Assembly: GCA_051294905.1 (NCBI GenBank)
Contig: CM119377.1
Span: forward strand, 3,472,001 to 3,536,000
Length of the DNA: 64,000 nt
Source: Botryllus schlosseri
Taxonomy: Eukaryota
Direction of reading: 5' to 3'
Part shown: positions 13,701-28,700 of the stretch, in pieces
Position numbering within the stretch: position 1 is the stretch's first letter
Layout of the letters: every line of letters begins with the position of its first letter
Made by a program: the position numbers and the translations under genes
The notes under the pieces: model-generated
Seen by the model: only the letters and a program-made list of their open reading frames with translations
Databases searched by the model: none
What the model was told of the DNA's origin: nothing

Positions 13701-16700
13701 TTTGAAAATTTTGAATTTTTTTTTTTCGAACTTTGCTGGGTACCCCATGAAATTGTTGAGTTGTCTCAATAAATGATGCAGAACAATTCTGGCTGAATTC
13801 CAAACCGTAGTTGAAACATTTGAAAAAATAGCATTGACGGTGGGTAATCCACAAATTATTAATCAAACTCAAATAACTTCGTTTCTACCAGTTGGAATTT
13901 AACCAAAATTGTTATGCGTCGTTTATTCAGACAACTTGACAATTTCAAGGGGTAGCCATCAAAATTGAAAAAAAAATGTAATATTTTATGATAACCTCAA
14001 AATAACTGGTTGTAATGGATTCAAATTTGGTGTACGTCGTTTTATAGGCAAACTGACGATTTAATCGCCTAGCAAGCAAGATTTGGAAAAAGGTTTTTTT
14101 AGAACGACGCCAACGAGCAGTCCCGTGGCGTCTATCCGTAGGTTAGTTATCAATAGTTAGATACATTAATACTTCTTGGAGGTACAGAACTTCAATATAC
14201 AACTGAATAGTATATTGATATTGAAATGAACCCAAATATTTTTGGCTGACACTCGTCAGGGGCAATCGTCAGCAACTAGTAGAGAATCGGAAAGAACATC
14301 GTAAATCAACAATCGCATCACAAAATATGACGTCACCGGCGTGAAATTTCGAATACGAGAGCGTTCAATGTACTATTTTGAGATGGTACACGAAGTCCTT
14401 TTGTTGACGCAGCCTTGGCCGGTGTGTTTTGATTACAGTCGACTCCAAGGCACACAAATGAAAATGTGAAATGTGAGATAATTCTGAATTTGAAGTGACT
14501 TTTGGAGGTATGAAACTTCAATATACAATTCAATAGTATATTCCTATTGAAATAAACCCGAATATTTTTGACTGGCACTTGTCAGGGGTAATCCTCAACA
14601 ACTAGTGACGGGCTGACAAGTGTCGACCGAAAATATCCGGGTATATTTCAATATGAATATACTATTCAATTGTATAATTCCGAATTTCAAAGCCCATCCT
14701 ATATACACACTCTGATTTCCAGCATTCCACTGTGATGACATATTCAAAAGCACAATATGATATTTTGAAAGTTACACAAATATCTTTCAAGGTGTAACAA
14801 CGCCGAGTCGGACCAAGATGATTCGTTGCTGGTCGAGATCCAGTTTGGCGAAAATTGTCCGCCACTCACGGGAAGCACTTCTATCGCGGATCTGAGCAAG
14901 TTGTCGAATATTCTAAACGAATCTTTGAGCAGGTACGCGATTAATGTTTGACCATCTATTTCGTAAAATTTATCGAATAAACCTAAAGTGTTCAGTGTTA
15001 AGGTAGGGTGTAGGTAAGGGTTGTTCAAAATTTTGTTATATCTCACCGGGAATTCCTTAGCTGGCCTAAATAACTCTGAACGTCAAATTTTGCCCAAGTC
15101 CAACCCGTAGAAGGAAAGTTATTATGGTAGGAAATTTCGGATTTAATAAAAACATGTTATATTTTAACAACCCTAGAGTGTACCTCTATGTTTCTTCAAT
15201 ATATTCTATTGCTCTGTCATCAAGACCTTTTAGTGATTCGACGTGGTTTAAAAGGACTTTAAACCAGTGGCTCTCAACCGCAGTCCCCGTCAATATTCTG
15301 CCCGGTCCGCCAAGTATATTTCAATTCACAAAACAACAAATTTTAAACTGATTTAGAAATTTTGAAATAGCAAAATTTTTAATGGAGTGTTATTTCTGGG
15401 CTTCATACAGTTGCAGTAGCGTTGTTGATCATTTTCCAAATATATCGCACTTTTTCTCGCAGATGGAAAGACTATGTCGACGACATGAGGATGAAGTTTT
15501 ACTTCCTGAACGCGTTCAACATGCCGCAAATCATATACCTGTGCCGAGAGCTTGCAACCAAACCTAACAAGATCTCGGATCAGGTACGTCGTGTTTACAA
15601 ATGCCGAAACGCGGTTCATTCCCGATCACGTTTCTCGGCAGGTGAGCACTCTGCTGTCTTTTGTGGGGAATTCTTGTCCGGGCATGGACCTGCAGGAGAT
15701 ATTGGATGACGCGATGAAAATTGTGGACGCGCCACCGCGAGGTAAGGGTACGAGAGAGTGTTTCAGCTTCTCTCGATGGTGGGGTTGCTACCAGACACGG
15801 GGTAACCGTGGTCTATAGTCGTAATCGAATACATTCGAAAAAAATCTAAAGTAATCTTAATCGTATTCGAATATTTTATATATCTAACCGATATGTTTGT
15901 AAAAGGAGTATGACATAACTCAACATTTGTGGGCAAGAGATAGTGCTTTCTATCGAGTTATCGACTAACTACACAACTACACTGCCCAGTGCCCATCTTT
16001 ACATCACAAATAATACCCGTATACGTAAGTAATGGTATAGTCGGCAGATACTGAACGAATTGTATTGTTTTCGAATATGTGTTCAAGGTTCCGAATTAGG
16101 TTCGAATTGTGATTACTGAATTTGCAAAAACTTGGAAATTGGCTGAACTTCCGCATCAGAAAGAAATGCGATAAAGGCAAGCTCACTTCATGTCAGAGAT
16201 TATTTGTTCAAATCATAGACATAAATAGTATAGATCACATGCTTTCCATTAGTACCAAAATGGATGCTCAGAGAGCATTACTCTTTGAGTGGCGTTGAAA
16301 TATCAGAAAAGTGTCTCATCTTTGCCACCTCTCCCCTAGTCTCCTTTTCCCATGCAGACCGGGAAGCTAACGTAGAAGACGACAAAATCACGCTGGTTCG
16401 CAGGCTTATGGATGTAGAGGAAATCACTGAAGACGCTGCGAAAGCCGCAGTTCAAGCTGAATTTGGCAAGGCCGAACCGGACTACCTCACCTGGATTTTA
16501 ATGAATCAATTTGAAGAGGAGACGATCGCGCAGCTGCGTGACGAGTTCAACAGGGAATCGGGTGTGTTTAATAGTTACCCAGCTAGAACGGCACGGATTA
16601 GGCCTGCAGTAATAACGAACCAGATTATAATATTTACCATTAGCTGCTTTGAATACTCTTAATAGAGTGTACATTACAGTTTTTGTTCCCACATTATGTA

Positions 16701-19700
16701 CTTATATATAGCTAATTCTATTTTTAATCTAGTATAAATTTACGGCATCACAGTTTTTGAATCCAAATAAATTTCGTTCGAAAAGTAGAAGAGCTTCTTG
16801 GAGGTACAGAACTTCAATATACAATTAAATAGTATATTCATATTGAAATGAACCCGAATATTTTCGGCTGACGCTCGTCAGGGGTAATCGTCAGCAACTA
16901 GTAGAGAATTGGAAAGAACATTGTATATCAACAATCGTATCACAAAATATGACGTCACCAGCATGAGATTAGTAGTAACTTCTACTTGTAATTGAGTGTA
17001 AATTTATGACATGATAGTTTTTTAAAGTCAAAATATTTACTCTGAAAAAACAGCGGTTTCTACTTGCAATTCGGTATGAATTAAGACCTCACAGTTTTTA
17101 ACCCATATTCGTGACTCCAGCAGTGCAAATATGTATTTTATCTATATTTTTCGTTGATAAAATATAACTCTCGGTGTGAAGCCGTATATTTTTGGCACTT
17201 AACTCGAAGCATTACAATTGATACTTGGCTCGGATTTGAGCTCTCGAATCGTTTTACTGGCCCTAATCGTGACGCAGGTAGTGGCAGAAAGTCAGCTCAC
17301 AATTGAGTAGTATATTCATATTGAAATGTACCCGGATATTTCTGGCTGACTCTCGTCATGATACGATTGCTGATATACAATGTTCTTTCCAATTCTCTAC
17401 TAGTTACAGATAATTACCCGGGGCGAATGCAGATTTATTTCAATATGAATATACTATTCAATTGTAAGGTGAAGTTCTGTGCCACCAAGAGTCTTTTAAA
17501 AGACATCTTAAACCGCTGACTATATCACCTTCACTTAATATACCCATTAACTGTGCCATTCTTCTCTACAGAGGCTCTCCATCTGCAGATGAATGAGAGA
17601 AATATCGTTAATATTCTCTACGACCGGTCTGCGGACACGTTAGAAAGAGTGATCAGCCGTCTTCAGACTTCCATGGCCGCCAATTCGGCGATGGACTCGG
17701 TAGAAGCAATCTGCAAGCGATACCACGATGAAACTACGGTGAGGCGGAATGCGTTACCAGAGTAGTCAGCATCTGTACTCGTGTAGAAGTACAGCTAACT
17801 CTGTGAATTTCGAATCAATTACAACTAGTTAACGAGCTTCTTGGAGTTGCAGAACGTCAATATACTATCGGGTAGTATATTCATATTGAAATGAACCCGA
17901 ATATTTTCGGCTGACACTCGCCAGGGTTAATTGTCATCAACTAGTAGAGACGGCTGACAATGGAATGTATGTTTTTGCAGGAATTATATGACAAATATAA
18001 CTGAATCCACAATTTTTAAATAACTCTGGGGTTCAGCTCAAAGTGATCCTTTATCCCCCTCCCCAGCTGAAAACCCCTATGCCAATGCAATGAATATCGT
18101 GAAAGCAATATGAACAGATTGCTTGTTGCGAAATATTTTATTGAGTGTGTTATCTGATATCTCATTTATTACAGACTATCACCCTGCACGATTCGCTGAG
18201 CATACAGCATCTCGGCAAATTTCTGAATCTCTTCCGCGAAAAGCATCCGGGGCCAAAGGTCGCTCGTAACTTGGTCGAGCCGTTCTCGAAAGGCCGGCCC
18301 AACCTGGCGATGTGTCACGAGCACGAGATTTTACATTCGGTGTTGTACTTGTACATGATGGACCGGGGTCAACCTCTGCCGACCGTGTCCGAAGTACTTC
18401 TGTGCTCTGAAAGCACGACGGTCGACGAAGTGGAACGCTTTATGAGGAGAGCTATGTGCGAAACAGGTATCAATGGTGTGCTTTAGTTGGTTTTATGTGG
18501 ACTTATGGTACTTTCTGCAATTTACGAGGTGGAACACCGTATTTATATGATTTTTATCCTCTCAAGACACAGATCATACAATGTAATACGCTAGACACAC
18601 TGTTACTGTTCAATTGAAAATGAGCCATTGGCAATCAAGAACCGTGTTGGAATTGGGCTGTTACTAAGGCTACGCACAATGATTCTACTACTCGAAACTG
18701 GATAGAGTAATAACAGGCGATTTTTTTTTCTAGTTCCGAATATACACGCTCGTTTTCGCTAAGAAATAATAAATCGACGAGAATTCTAGTTACAATATTT
18801 TGATCCCAACCTAGAATCTTTGAAACCACGATTATTCGTGCTACAGCATTCAGAACATGTAAGAAACGTGAAGTTGAGATCAAATTCAGATGCTGTGTGT
18901 CGATAATTCGATTCATTGCTAATACGCACATAAACCTCACGTCCTGCCGTAGTTACGATGTTATTGTGTTATTACAGAGTCTTCAAGCAAGATGCTCTTC
19001 ACACTTGCCTTTGCTGACAAACTCAATTTCAACGTTTCCGCGGCCACGGAACAAATATTCAACCAACTGACGTCAGCCACAAAGAACGCGGATTATCAAC
19101 TCGTCATACTGCTAAGCAAGCCGCAGCATTATATCGCAACCTGCTTTGATAAGGTATGAGATAGTGGGTGTCTCTAGCTCAACCCCAACTCGTACATAAT
19201 TGTGGCAGCTTTGCAACTGCAAAGGCTGACCTCGGGTTAAACTATCACATTTTTAATGATTGATATTATTCGGAGATACTCTCGGAGATGCAATTGAATA
19301 ATATATTGGATATTGAAATAAACCCAAAGATTTTCGGTTGAAACTCGTCAAGGGAGATCGTAATCAACTAGGAGAGAATGGATGATAACATGGTTTTGAT
19401 ACACAATGTTGCTATACTATGTTATATTCAATTCTTTTCTATCTACTGACAATTACCTCTGAAATTCTTCGGCTTTATTTCATTATGAATATACTCTTCC
19501 ATTGATATAATGCCTTTTTCGAGGACCTATTCCACTTATTTAATTCCGATTTTTTTCAGTTCCTGATCGAAGGCAAATGGATGGCTGGCAATCCAGACAT
19601 TGCTACTTACCTCAAGAATAATCTCAAGCTTTCGCGCAATCTCACGTCGAGCGCGGCCCGGGCTGACAAAGACCATTCAACAGTCCGTGTCGTGAATTCA

Positions 19701-22700
19701 ATGAGGTCAGGAGTCGGTAAGTGTCATTTGGTGTACAAAAGACTGCAGATTAGCAGGCTTTTACTAACTGAAATCTCAGCGTACATGTTGAATGGCAATT
19801 GAAGAACGCAGTCAGTGACAGTAACCTGCTAAATAATAGAAGAATCGCAAATATTGATTAAGAAAGCGATGAATAACTGATACATGATGATCTGATTAGG
19901 ACAGGGCTATAATATAAACCAGGGTTGTAATGACTCGGGTCACGATTTTCTGATGACTCGACTTGACTTGAGTCATTTTCTGAAAATACGGAAATGACTC
20001 GTCTCGACTCGAGTCAATCCGTGTATTGACTTGACTTGGACTCGAGTCATTGCGCACGACTCGAACCAAGTCATAGGACTCGAGACTCAGACGGCCAAGA
20101 CCGACATTTCATTGTTATTTCGAAGAGAAGTAAAGTAACCACACTCTTGGGATTTCGTCTATTGGTACAGGTACTTGAAAATGCGACCAGAAACTGCTTA
20201 AATTGAGGAAAATTAGCATATTAGAAATGCGAAGTATTCGATATCACCGAACAGAGTTATAAAAAGTGGGTTTAGCAAGACTTTAATTGGAAACTGAGCG
20301 GTTAACACCATGACTTGGACTCGGACTCGAGTCATAATACCATGTCTCGGACTCGACCCTCTGCTCGATGACTTGGACTCGGACTTGACTCGGTGGTGAA
20401 TTGAAAAGGACTCGACTTGACTTGAGTCAAAACTATAAAAGTGAGATTGACTTGCGACTCGGAGCTATGTGACTTGGTTACAACCCTGATATAAACCGCA
20501 TTAAGATGGTGTTGAACCCAGCTGGACAGCTTGTCTGAAACAGCCTTGAAAGCACATTGAAACATGCAGAGAAGGTCGAGGTTGTGCAATTAGGCACAAG
20601 CTACTCTGGAAAAGTGGAAATAATTCGTTACTGACCACCTCCAGTTTCTGATACCAAGCTCAAATATATCTGTAGAAACTTTATTTTGCCTGAAAAGTAG
20701 TCTGAAAACATAATTACTGAGCAAGTAATCCAATTCGGCAAAATCTACTAACAGGAGAAATCCGCAAGAGTAGAAGTATTTCAATACAGACCACGTCTGG
20801 CAATAGGCTGGCGAATTGATGTTGCCGATTTGATTATTTGTTTTTTATTCAGGTAAATCGCTGTACGTACAACGTACGTGTGAAAACCTCAAAACGAAAT
20901 GCCGCAAAACAACAGTACGGTTATTGGAGAGAGCCATCGATACCGATTACGTCGTGGAACGATTGCTGCGACCAATCAGAAACCAAAACGTCACCGACAC
21001 TCCGCTGATTGTACACATTGACTTGACACCAGCCGTGAGTATCCACACGATTTTTATTTGTGATATGAAATTTACACTTGAATTTAATATATATTCATAT
21101 CGAAACACATCACCGCCGGAAAAGGCTGCACACACTTTCGTTTGTGTGTCTTGAAGTCAACTTTAGTCAAAATATACCAACCTAGTTTGCGCCAACAGAG
21201 AGAGTTTGTGTACCATATAACAATAGTATATTTAGCTTAAGCGATCTCTTCATCTCAAGTATTCAAATTTTATGCCAATTACTTCATATTTAGTGATAGG
21301 TTTGTTGATGTACAATGTTGCTTTTCAATACTCTACTAGTAGCTGACGATTACCACTGACGAGTGTTAGCTGAAATCACGAGGTTTATTTCAATATGAAT
21401 ATTCTATTTAAGGGGGGAAGGTACAGATATGTTACTGAAAATTTAAAATTGCTATATTTTCCAAACAATACAGCCTAGCCTCTTGAAACTTGGTGTGTGA
21501 GTTCGTTGTACCATACTCCATATTCTGTGTAAATTTTGGTTTTTCAAAATATATTCTTCGGCCCAAATTGGGGGAGATATATCCTTCGGCCCAAATTGGG
21601 GGAGAGATTTTCAAATCGAACTCTTGTCATGTTGGAAAGTCTGTCTCTTCAAGGAATGCTTATCAACTCCACACAATGATTTATTTAGTGTCTATGGACC
21701 CCTAAGCACCTAGTAGAATACTTGAAATTTTCAATTACGCAGAAAAAAATCACCCGAAAGTGGATTTGACACATATACGGTACCGAGTTTTCGAATTTTT
21801 TTCAGAAAACAAATCATAAGTAGATAACTAAGACTCTGACTCAAAATTCTATCATTCTACCAGGTAGAACACGCCTGCCTCTGGTATCGAGCCAAGTTTG
21901 ATCAAGATTTGAGATCATTTGATACCAAAATTTCCTTCCGCAGATAATCCATACCAGTAAAAACTTAATTGAATATAGAAGTTCTTTACCTCCAAGAAGC
22001 TCTTCAAATACTTGAATTTACAAACATTTCCAAATCCGAAGATGCTCCTTGAGGTACAAAACTTCTACATACCCATGAACACTATATTCGTATTGAAAAT
22101 GAAGTCGAATATTTTCGGATGACCCTAAACACGTCTGTTGTGCAGGTCGAAAAAGGTATCGAATCGTTCGTGTTCAACTTGTTGGTGCTCGGGTCTCTTC
22201 AAGATAGCAATGGTTACGTCTGGAAGAAAGACCCTCACCAGCTCTACATGATTGAAGTGACGCTTGGTGACCATCGTGAAAAAGTAAGACCTCTTTTGTA
22301 CGGGTGGTGTGATTTGCGAGCTCTTGACGGAATCTCTCCTGTTCCAAGTAGGTCTAAAAATGTATCTAGAAATTATTGTCGAACAAAAATCCACCACATT
22401 ACAAATCTGATCATAGCGTGTTGACTCGAGTCCGAGTACAAGTCATTAGGTTCGCTGTTCGGTTTCAGTTCAATCTGGTCCAACCCACTTTTTTCAACTC
22501 AGCTCGAGTGATATAGAATAGCTCGCATTCATAATATAGTAATATTCCTCGGTCTTAACAGTTTCTGGCCCTATTTTCCAAGTATCAGGACTGATAGACG
22601 AAATAGCGATATTGTGGCGACTTTACCAATCTTCTAAGCTTCAATGAAATGTCTGTCTTATGTCTGTCGAGTCATATGACTCGGTTTGAGTCATGCGCAA

Positions 22701-25700
22701 TGACTCGAGTACAAGTCGAGTCAATACAAAATTTGACATGAGTCGAATAATTTTACGCATATGAAAAAGTGACTCGAGTCAAATCGAGTCACCTAACAAT
22801 CGCGATAACTAGAGTCATTACAACCCTGCACTCCAACCGCACAACGTCTGGTCGCGCTATTACATCAATTCATATTGTTGTTTACCATAATTGTTCCTTT
22901 ACAGGAGATCTTTTCCTCCCGCCATATCCTGAAGCTGCTGCCGTTCGTAAGCTGTTCCCCGCCCAGGAAGATACTCGAAAACCTGGAATCGGACGAGAAC
23001 GACCACTTTGTCGGCATGGACGAAAAAGAATTTCGTTCCGAAACGTATCAACGCCCGTTTCAATATCTCACTCTGTACGACGTGAGAAAGGGAGATTTGG
23101 ACGATTTTCGATATACGAAACCTGCAGGTGTGTTACCCACTACGGCACTCATTAAAATGGTGCGCATGCGTTGGCAAAATGCTGTTATAGTGATCTCAGT
23201 TCAAAAGCTGTTCAGGTAGACGTACAAGTCATCTTCGGGCAATACAGGCAATATCAGGGTTGTAACCAAGTCACAAGGTTCCGAGTTACAAGTCAATTTC
23301 ACTGCAAAACTTTTGATCCGAGTCAAGTCCGAGTCCAAGTCCAAGTCATTGTGTTGACTGTTCAGTTTCGTGTTAAAGTCCTGTTAAGCCTACCTTTTCC
23401 AACTATGCTCGGTGATACCGAATACTTCGCGCTCCTAATATATTAATTTTACTCACTTTTAACAGTTTTGGTCGCATTTTCAAGTACCAGTACTAATAGA
23501 CAATATAGTAACAGTGTAGTAACTTTCGTATTCTTCAAAATTACCTTGAAATGTCGGTCTTGGCTGTCTGAGCCTCGACTCAAATGAATTGGTTCAAGTC
23601 ATGCGCAATGACTTGAGTCTAGTCGAATCAATACACAGATTGAGTCGAATCGAGTCACCAAAAATTCGCGACTCGAGCGGGAATCGAGTCATTACAACCC
23701 TGGCCAATATCTAGTTCGTCACCCTGAAAAACGTGCACTTTCTTCAGCATTAATCTGGTTCAAGTTGTTCCCCCAACCTTGAGCTATGTTATTTTTGGCT
23801 TACTTTGAAAATAGCTCGTGTGAGAATAGTAGGGCGGTCAAAATGGCAATCGTCGTAATAGCATGGCATTAAAAACGACAAGATTCATAACAACGACGCA
23901 TTTAAAATCGTAGGTGTCGTCATAGCAGCGAGTGTCTAAAGACATAGCATCTAGCTCAAGGCGCATTTCAAAACCTTCACAGCATTTCATTGAGCAGATG
24001 TACCAACCATAGCTACACTTGGACATGGAATTTCTTGAGATTTTCGCCAATTTTATCGTGTTGCGCCCAGACACAAGATAAGTTTCACGTCTCATCGACT
24101 CCGTTTCTGCATTTTCAGGGACCCACAAGCACTGCCTTCAGGTCCTCCTGAAGCACTGCTGCGCTCCAGACCCGTCCTGGGCTCAGCTGCGTCACTTCGC
24201 CAGCTTCCTGAACGTGCAACTCCGCGACTGCGAAAACTCAATCTTCTGCGACCGCCGGGTCACGGGCGACATACTGCGCGGACTGCGGCCGTTCGCCATA
24301 GATTTCATGATTCGAATGTCCCAAGATTTCGCTACGCCATCTCTTGTTATATCAGACGAGAGCGCGGCGCGGACTCACGCCGATCCTGACACCCAGGACG
24401 CGCGACTCTACCGATTTCGGAGAAAATGGGAAGAGTCGGCCCATCCGTATATGTTTTTTAACGAAGACCGCGCTTCACTGACTTTCATCAACGTTAACAT
24501 CAGCGACGACGGAAATCTTCTCGATAAAAACGGAGAAACGGTAGTGCCGTCGATAATATCTCCACATCTAGTACAAGGGTTGAAAACACAGGGCGTGTCT
24601 TTAGATCTAAACTTCGACACTTTTACGAGAGAGAAAAAACTCGAAACGATATGCCAAGTGATGGGCGTTGAACCGGCTTTCGACCCTGACCCTACCTACA
24701 AGCTGACCACCGATAATGTCCTCAAAATATTGGCAGTGTACATGAGATTTCGATGTCAAATACCGGTTATTGTTATGGGTGAAACTGGATGTGGAAAAAC
24801 TAGGATGGTAGATTTTATCAGCAAGTTGAAAGCAGGGAGAGACCCAGGGCTGACACAGAGTATGGTGACGCTAAAAATACACGGTGGTGTAACGGTGGAT
24901 GATATTTATCGTAGCGTACAGGACGCTTGCGCAATGGCGCATTCGATCGAAAATTTCGGTACTGTTTTGTTTTACGACGAAGCTAACACTACAGAAGCGA
25001 TTTACGCTTTGAAAGAAGTAATGTGTGATGTCACTGTAGATGGAGAATCTTTTCAGCATCACAATTTGAAGATAGTGGCCGCTTGCAATCCTTACAAGCA
25101 ATTATCTTCGGAAGCGATCCAAAAGCTGGAAGATTCGGGACTAGGATACCGTGTCAAAACTTGCGACACCACGCATTTGTTCGGCAACGTGCCCATACGC
25201 ACTTTGGTGTACAGGGTGGTGGCCTTGCCTCCCAGCATGCAGCCTTTCGTGTGGGATTTCGGACAGCTCGGCGCGGAGGCGGAAAAAATTTACGTGCAGC
25301 AAATGACGATGAAGCTTGGGGAAAAACTCGGGCTAGATAGCGCCGCTATGAGGATGTTCAATGTTATCTTGTGCGCAGCGCAGAAATACATGCGTTCGCG
25401 GCCGGATGAATGCAGGTACGTCTGTGTGTGTATTGAGAGGGTGGATTTTGATGTGGAACAACGTTTCGGTTCAAAAATGTTTTGTTTTCAAATTGCACTG
25501 ACCACTTGATAAAATTTTTAGGCTACCCAAAAAATGCTGCACTCCAATTTTGGCTCAATTCCAACCTATAGTGGCGTTTCTATATTAGAAAAGAGTTTTG
25601 AATTTATTTAATAAAAATAAAAACTACCCAATGAAGTTGTTAGGTTGTCCGAAAAAACGATGCACAACAAATCGGGGTTAATTGCAGTTTGGGTGAATTT

Positions 25701-28700
25701 TTAATTTTGAAGATACACCAGTTCACAGCACTTATTTTGATGTTACACCGGTCCACAAGGTAAAAAAGGTTGAGAACCACTGATTTAAAACCAGTACATC
25801 GAACCCAGGCATTTGTTTGCTTCGATTATTCGAATGTTTCATGCTGGCCATATTCGGTGATACGATTGTTGATGCATAAAGTCCTTTTGAGATGTCTCCA
25901 AGTTTCTGGCGATTAACCCAGACTAGTGTCAACCGAATATGTTCTTGTTTATTTCAATATCAATATATTATTCAATTCTATATTGAAGATTTTTGCCTCC
26001 AAGTGTCACTTCTAATACTTTTACATGAGTATAAATTTAAAACGCTACGAATATTATCGGCTGACACTCGTCAGGGGTGATCGTCAGCACATAACAGAGA
26101 ATTAAGGCAGCATTGTTTATTGAAAATCAACAGCACTCTCAGTGTGTCAGCCGAAAACATTGAGGGTTTACTTCAATATAAGTATGCTATTTAATTGTAT
26201 ACAGAAGTTATATACCTCCAAGATTATCTTCAATTGACTACTTTGTTTCACTCCTCGCAGGTACGTGAGCTTACGCGACGTGGAACGCTGCATCGTCGTG
26301 TACGAATGGTTCTACCGCCGCCGCGAAACTCTCTACCCCGAAATAGAAAGAGAAATCAAGCAGAGATACTCGCGTATGACCGACGTGCCGCCGCATACTT
26401 CCGACGAGCTACGCACTCTCATCCAAACCGTCGGCGTGTGCTACCACGCGTCTTTGGGAGACCGCCGAAGATTCCGCGAACGTATCTCGGAAGCTTTCAG
26501 CGAGGACGAAGAAGGACTGTACGTATCCGACGTGCACATTCGCGAGGAGATTTTAGCGGCGCAGGCTGTTTTTCTGCGGGACATGAAGACGGAGGATAAC
26601 ATAGCGCTTAACGACGCGTTGCAGGAGAACGCTTTCATGATGGCCGTGTGCGCCGACATGAGGATACCGTTGTTTCTGATCGGAAAGCCGGGGACTTCGA
26701 AATCGTTGGCGAAAACGATTGTGGGCGACAATATGAGAGGGGCTTTGTCGCACTCGGCTCTGTGTAAGCAATTGAAGCAGGTTAGTTGGTTATGAACTCG
26801 CGGCACTCGAGCTCGTTCAACTAGTTTCCTTGGTCACTTGGTGAATTAAACATTGGAAATGTAAATACCGTTATGAAAGCGATATATCATTATTGTAATA
26901 ATATATTTGCAAACGAATGTTTCATTGAATATTGGGGCTGGGCCCCTGAGTACCTGAGTGATTCGATTATGAAGTGTTAGGCTTTGAATCGAGGACTCGA
27001 GTATCGATCATGATGATGTCACAATAGAATGAATCATGCGGATAGTTCAAATTCGAACCTTTTACGCGACCAAAAACAATATTCTACAGTTCTACATGAC
27101 ATAAAGTATGATTTGGTATTTATTCCACAATATCTATTTCATCGCTCTCTGTGACAATGCTCTTGGTAGATTACTACCTCAGAGACGCTATGGGTTGATC
27201 GGTGCTACAATGTCATGTCAGTTTTACTACCATGCATGTTTTGCATGCGAAATTATAATTCCCGTTGATATGTTGTCAAGAAACGTATAGTTTCAGTAAT
27301 CAAGAAAATCTTCTATCATTACTCGACTCAAAACACTATGCCCAGCCTTATTCTATGTGAGCGTGAATTGTGAATTGGTGAATGTGGCACTCTTCGCTTT
27401 GTTATAGGGGTAAGGTTAGGACTAAGATTAGGGGCGCCAAGTGTTGAATTCCCCAAGTGCGAAATAACTGGTTTCCGTTTCCTCGCGTCCGAAGAAAAGT
27501 GTACAGATCTCATGGAACATATTCATTTTGATAATATATTCATAAATAAAATTAGAACCCGGAGCTTTTCGAGCCGACACCCTTCGTTGCGGGATATTCA
27601 AATCTCGAGTGTAACAACATTGAACGCCACAGAAACGAACACAATATTGTGTTTATTTCTATATTTATATTCTGAATGTGTTATTTCTTTCCAGATCCAC
27701 ATCATTTCGTACCAGTGCAGCGCTCTGACCGACGCGATCGGCATCGAAACCGTCTTCAAGCAATGCGGTCAGCTTCAAGCCAAGCAAGACCCAGATGCAT
27801 ATTCGTCGGTGGTGGTGCTGGATGAAATCGGACTGGCCGAGGACTCGCCTAACATGCCGCTTAAGGTGACGATCTAATTACACAAAAGAAAACTTTTGCC
27901 CTGACGTATGTAAATTAGATGTTTTCGCAAATAACGTTAGAATTTTACAACTTATCTTTATTTCTGGTTGGAACTGTCTGTCCTTACAGAGTAGTTTGGC
28001 CTGAAAAAAACGTTTTTGTGACTTGAAAACTGACTGAAAAAACTTTATTTTAACGAAATCTGGACCTTTAAAGAATTCCTGTACTGGTAGAAATAATTAA
28101 AATTCGTTGTAGTACCACGAAAGACACTTTTCATACATTCTCGGGTAGAAAATGTCTGTCCTCACTAAGTACCTTGCCAGGAATGGAGAAGGTACGTTCA
28201 ACAGCAGCAGTTGTTGGCTGACAACACTGAAGACTGAAGACAAACCGTTCCGGCAATGGTGTCTACATCACAATTTTTCATCATGCGCTTCGTGACATAA
28301 GAACCGTGCATTGCCCACACAGTCTTGCTTCAGTTGGGATATTGCGGTACGTCGAGCATAACACCATTTCAAACTATTTGTTTCATTTGACCGTTTATGA
28401 TTCACAACGAGCAGATAATGGGCCGTCTACAACGGTAGGCCTATAAAGTAGGCCGCAAGATGTCAAACGATAAGTTCACCTACAGTGCAAACATCTACGT
28501 TACAAACGACTTGCAGGTTGCAAAAAAATTCTGACTTTACAGACAATTTTATCACCTAACGCTACAATTCCGTCAAAATTTTTGTCAAAAAAAATCGCCC
28601 CAGTTATCACGTGTTAACAAAAATGCCATTTCTGCTAACGTGTGTCGGGTTTTACTACATGTTTACTTGCTGTGATACTACCAGCCGAGGTGTCAAGGCT

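Noticed and set aside
27405-27440. Telomere-like GGTTAGG/TTAGGG motifs
   Set aside because: There are only a few degenerate units within a small repeat, not an interstitial telomere array.
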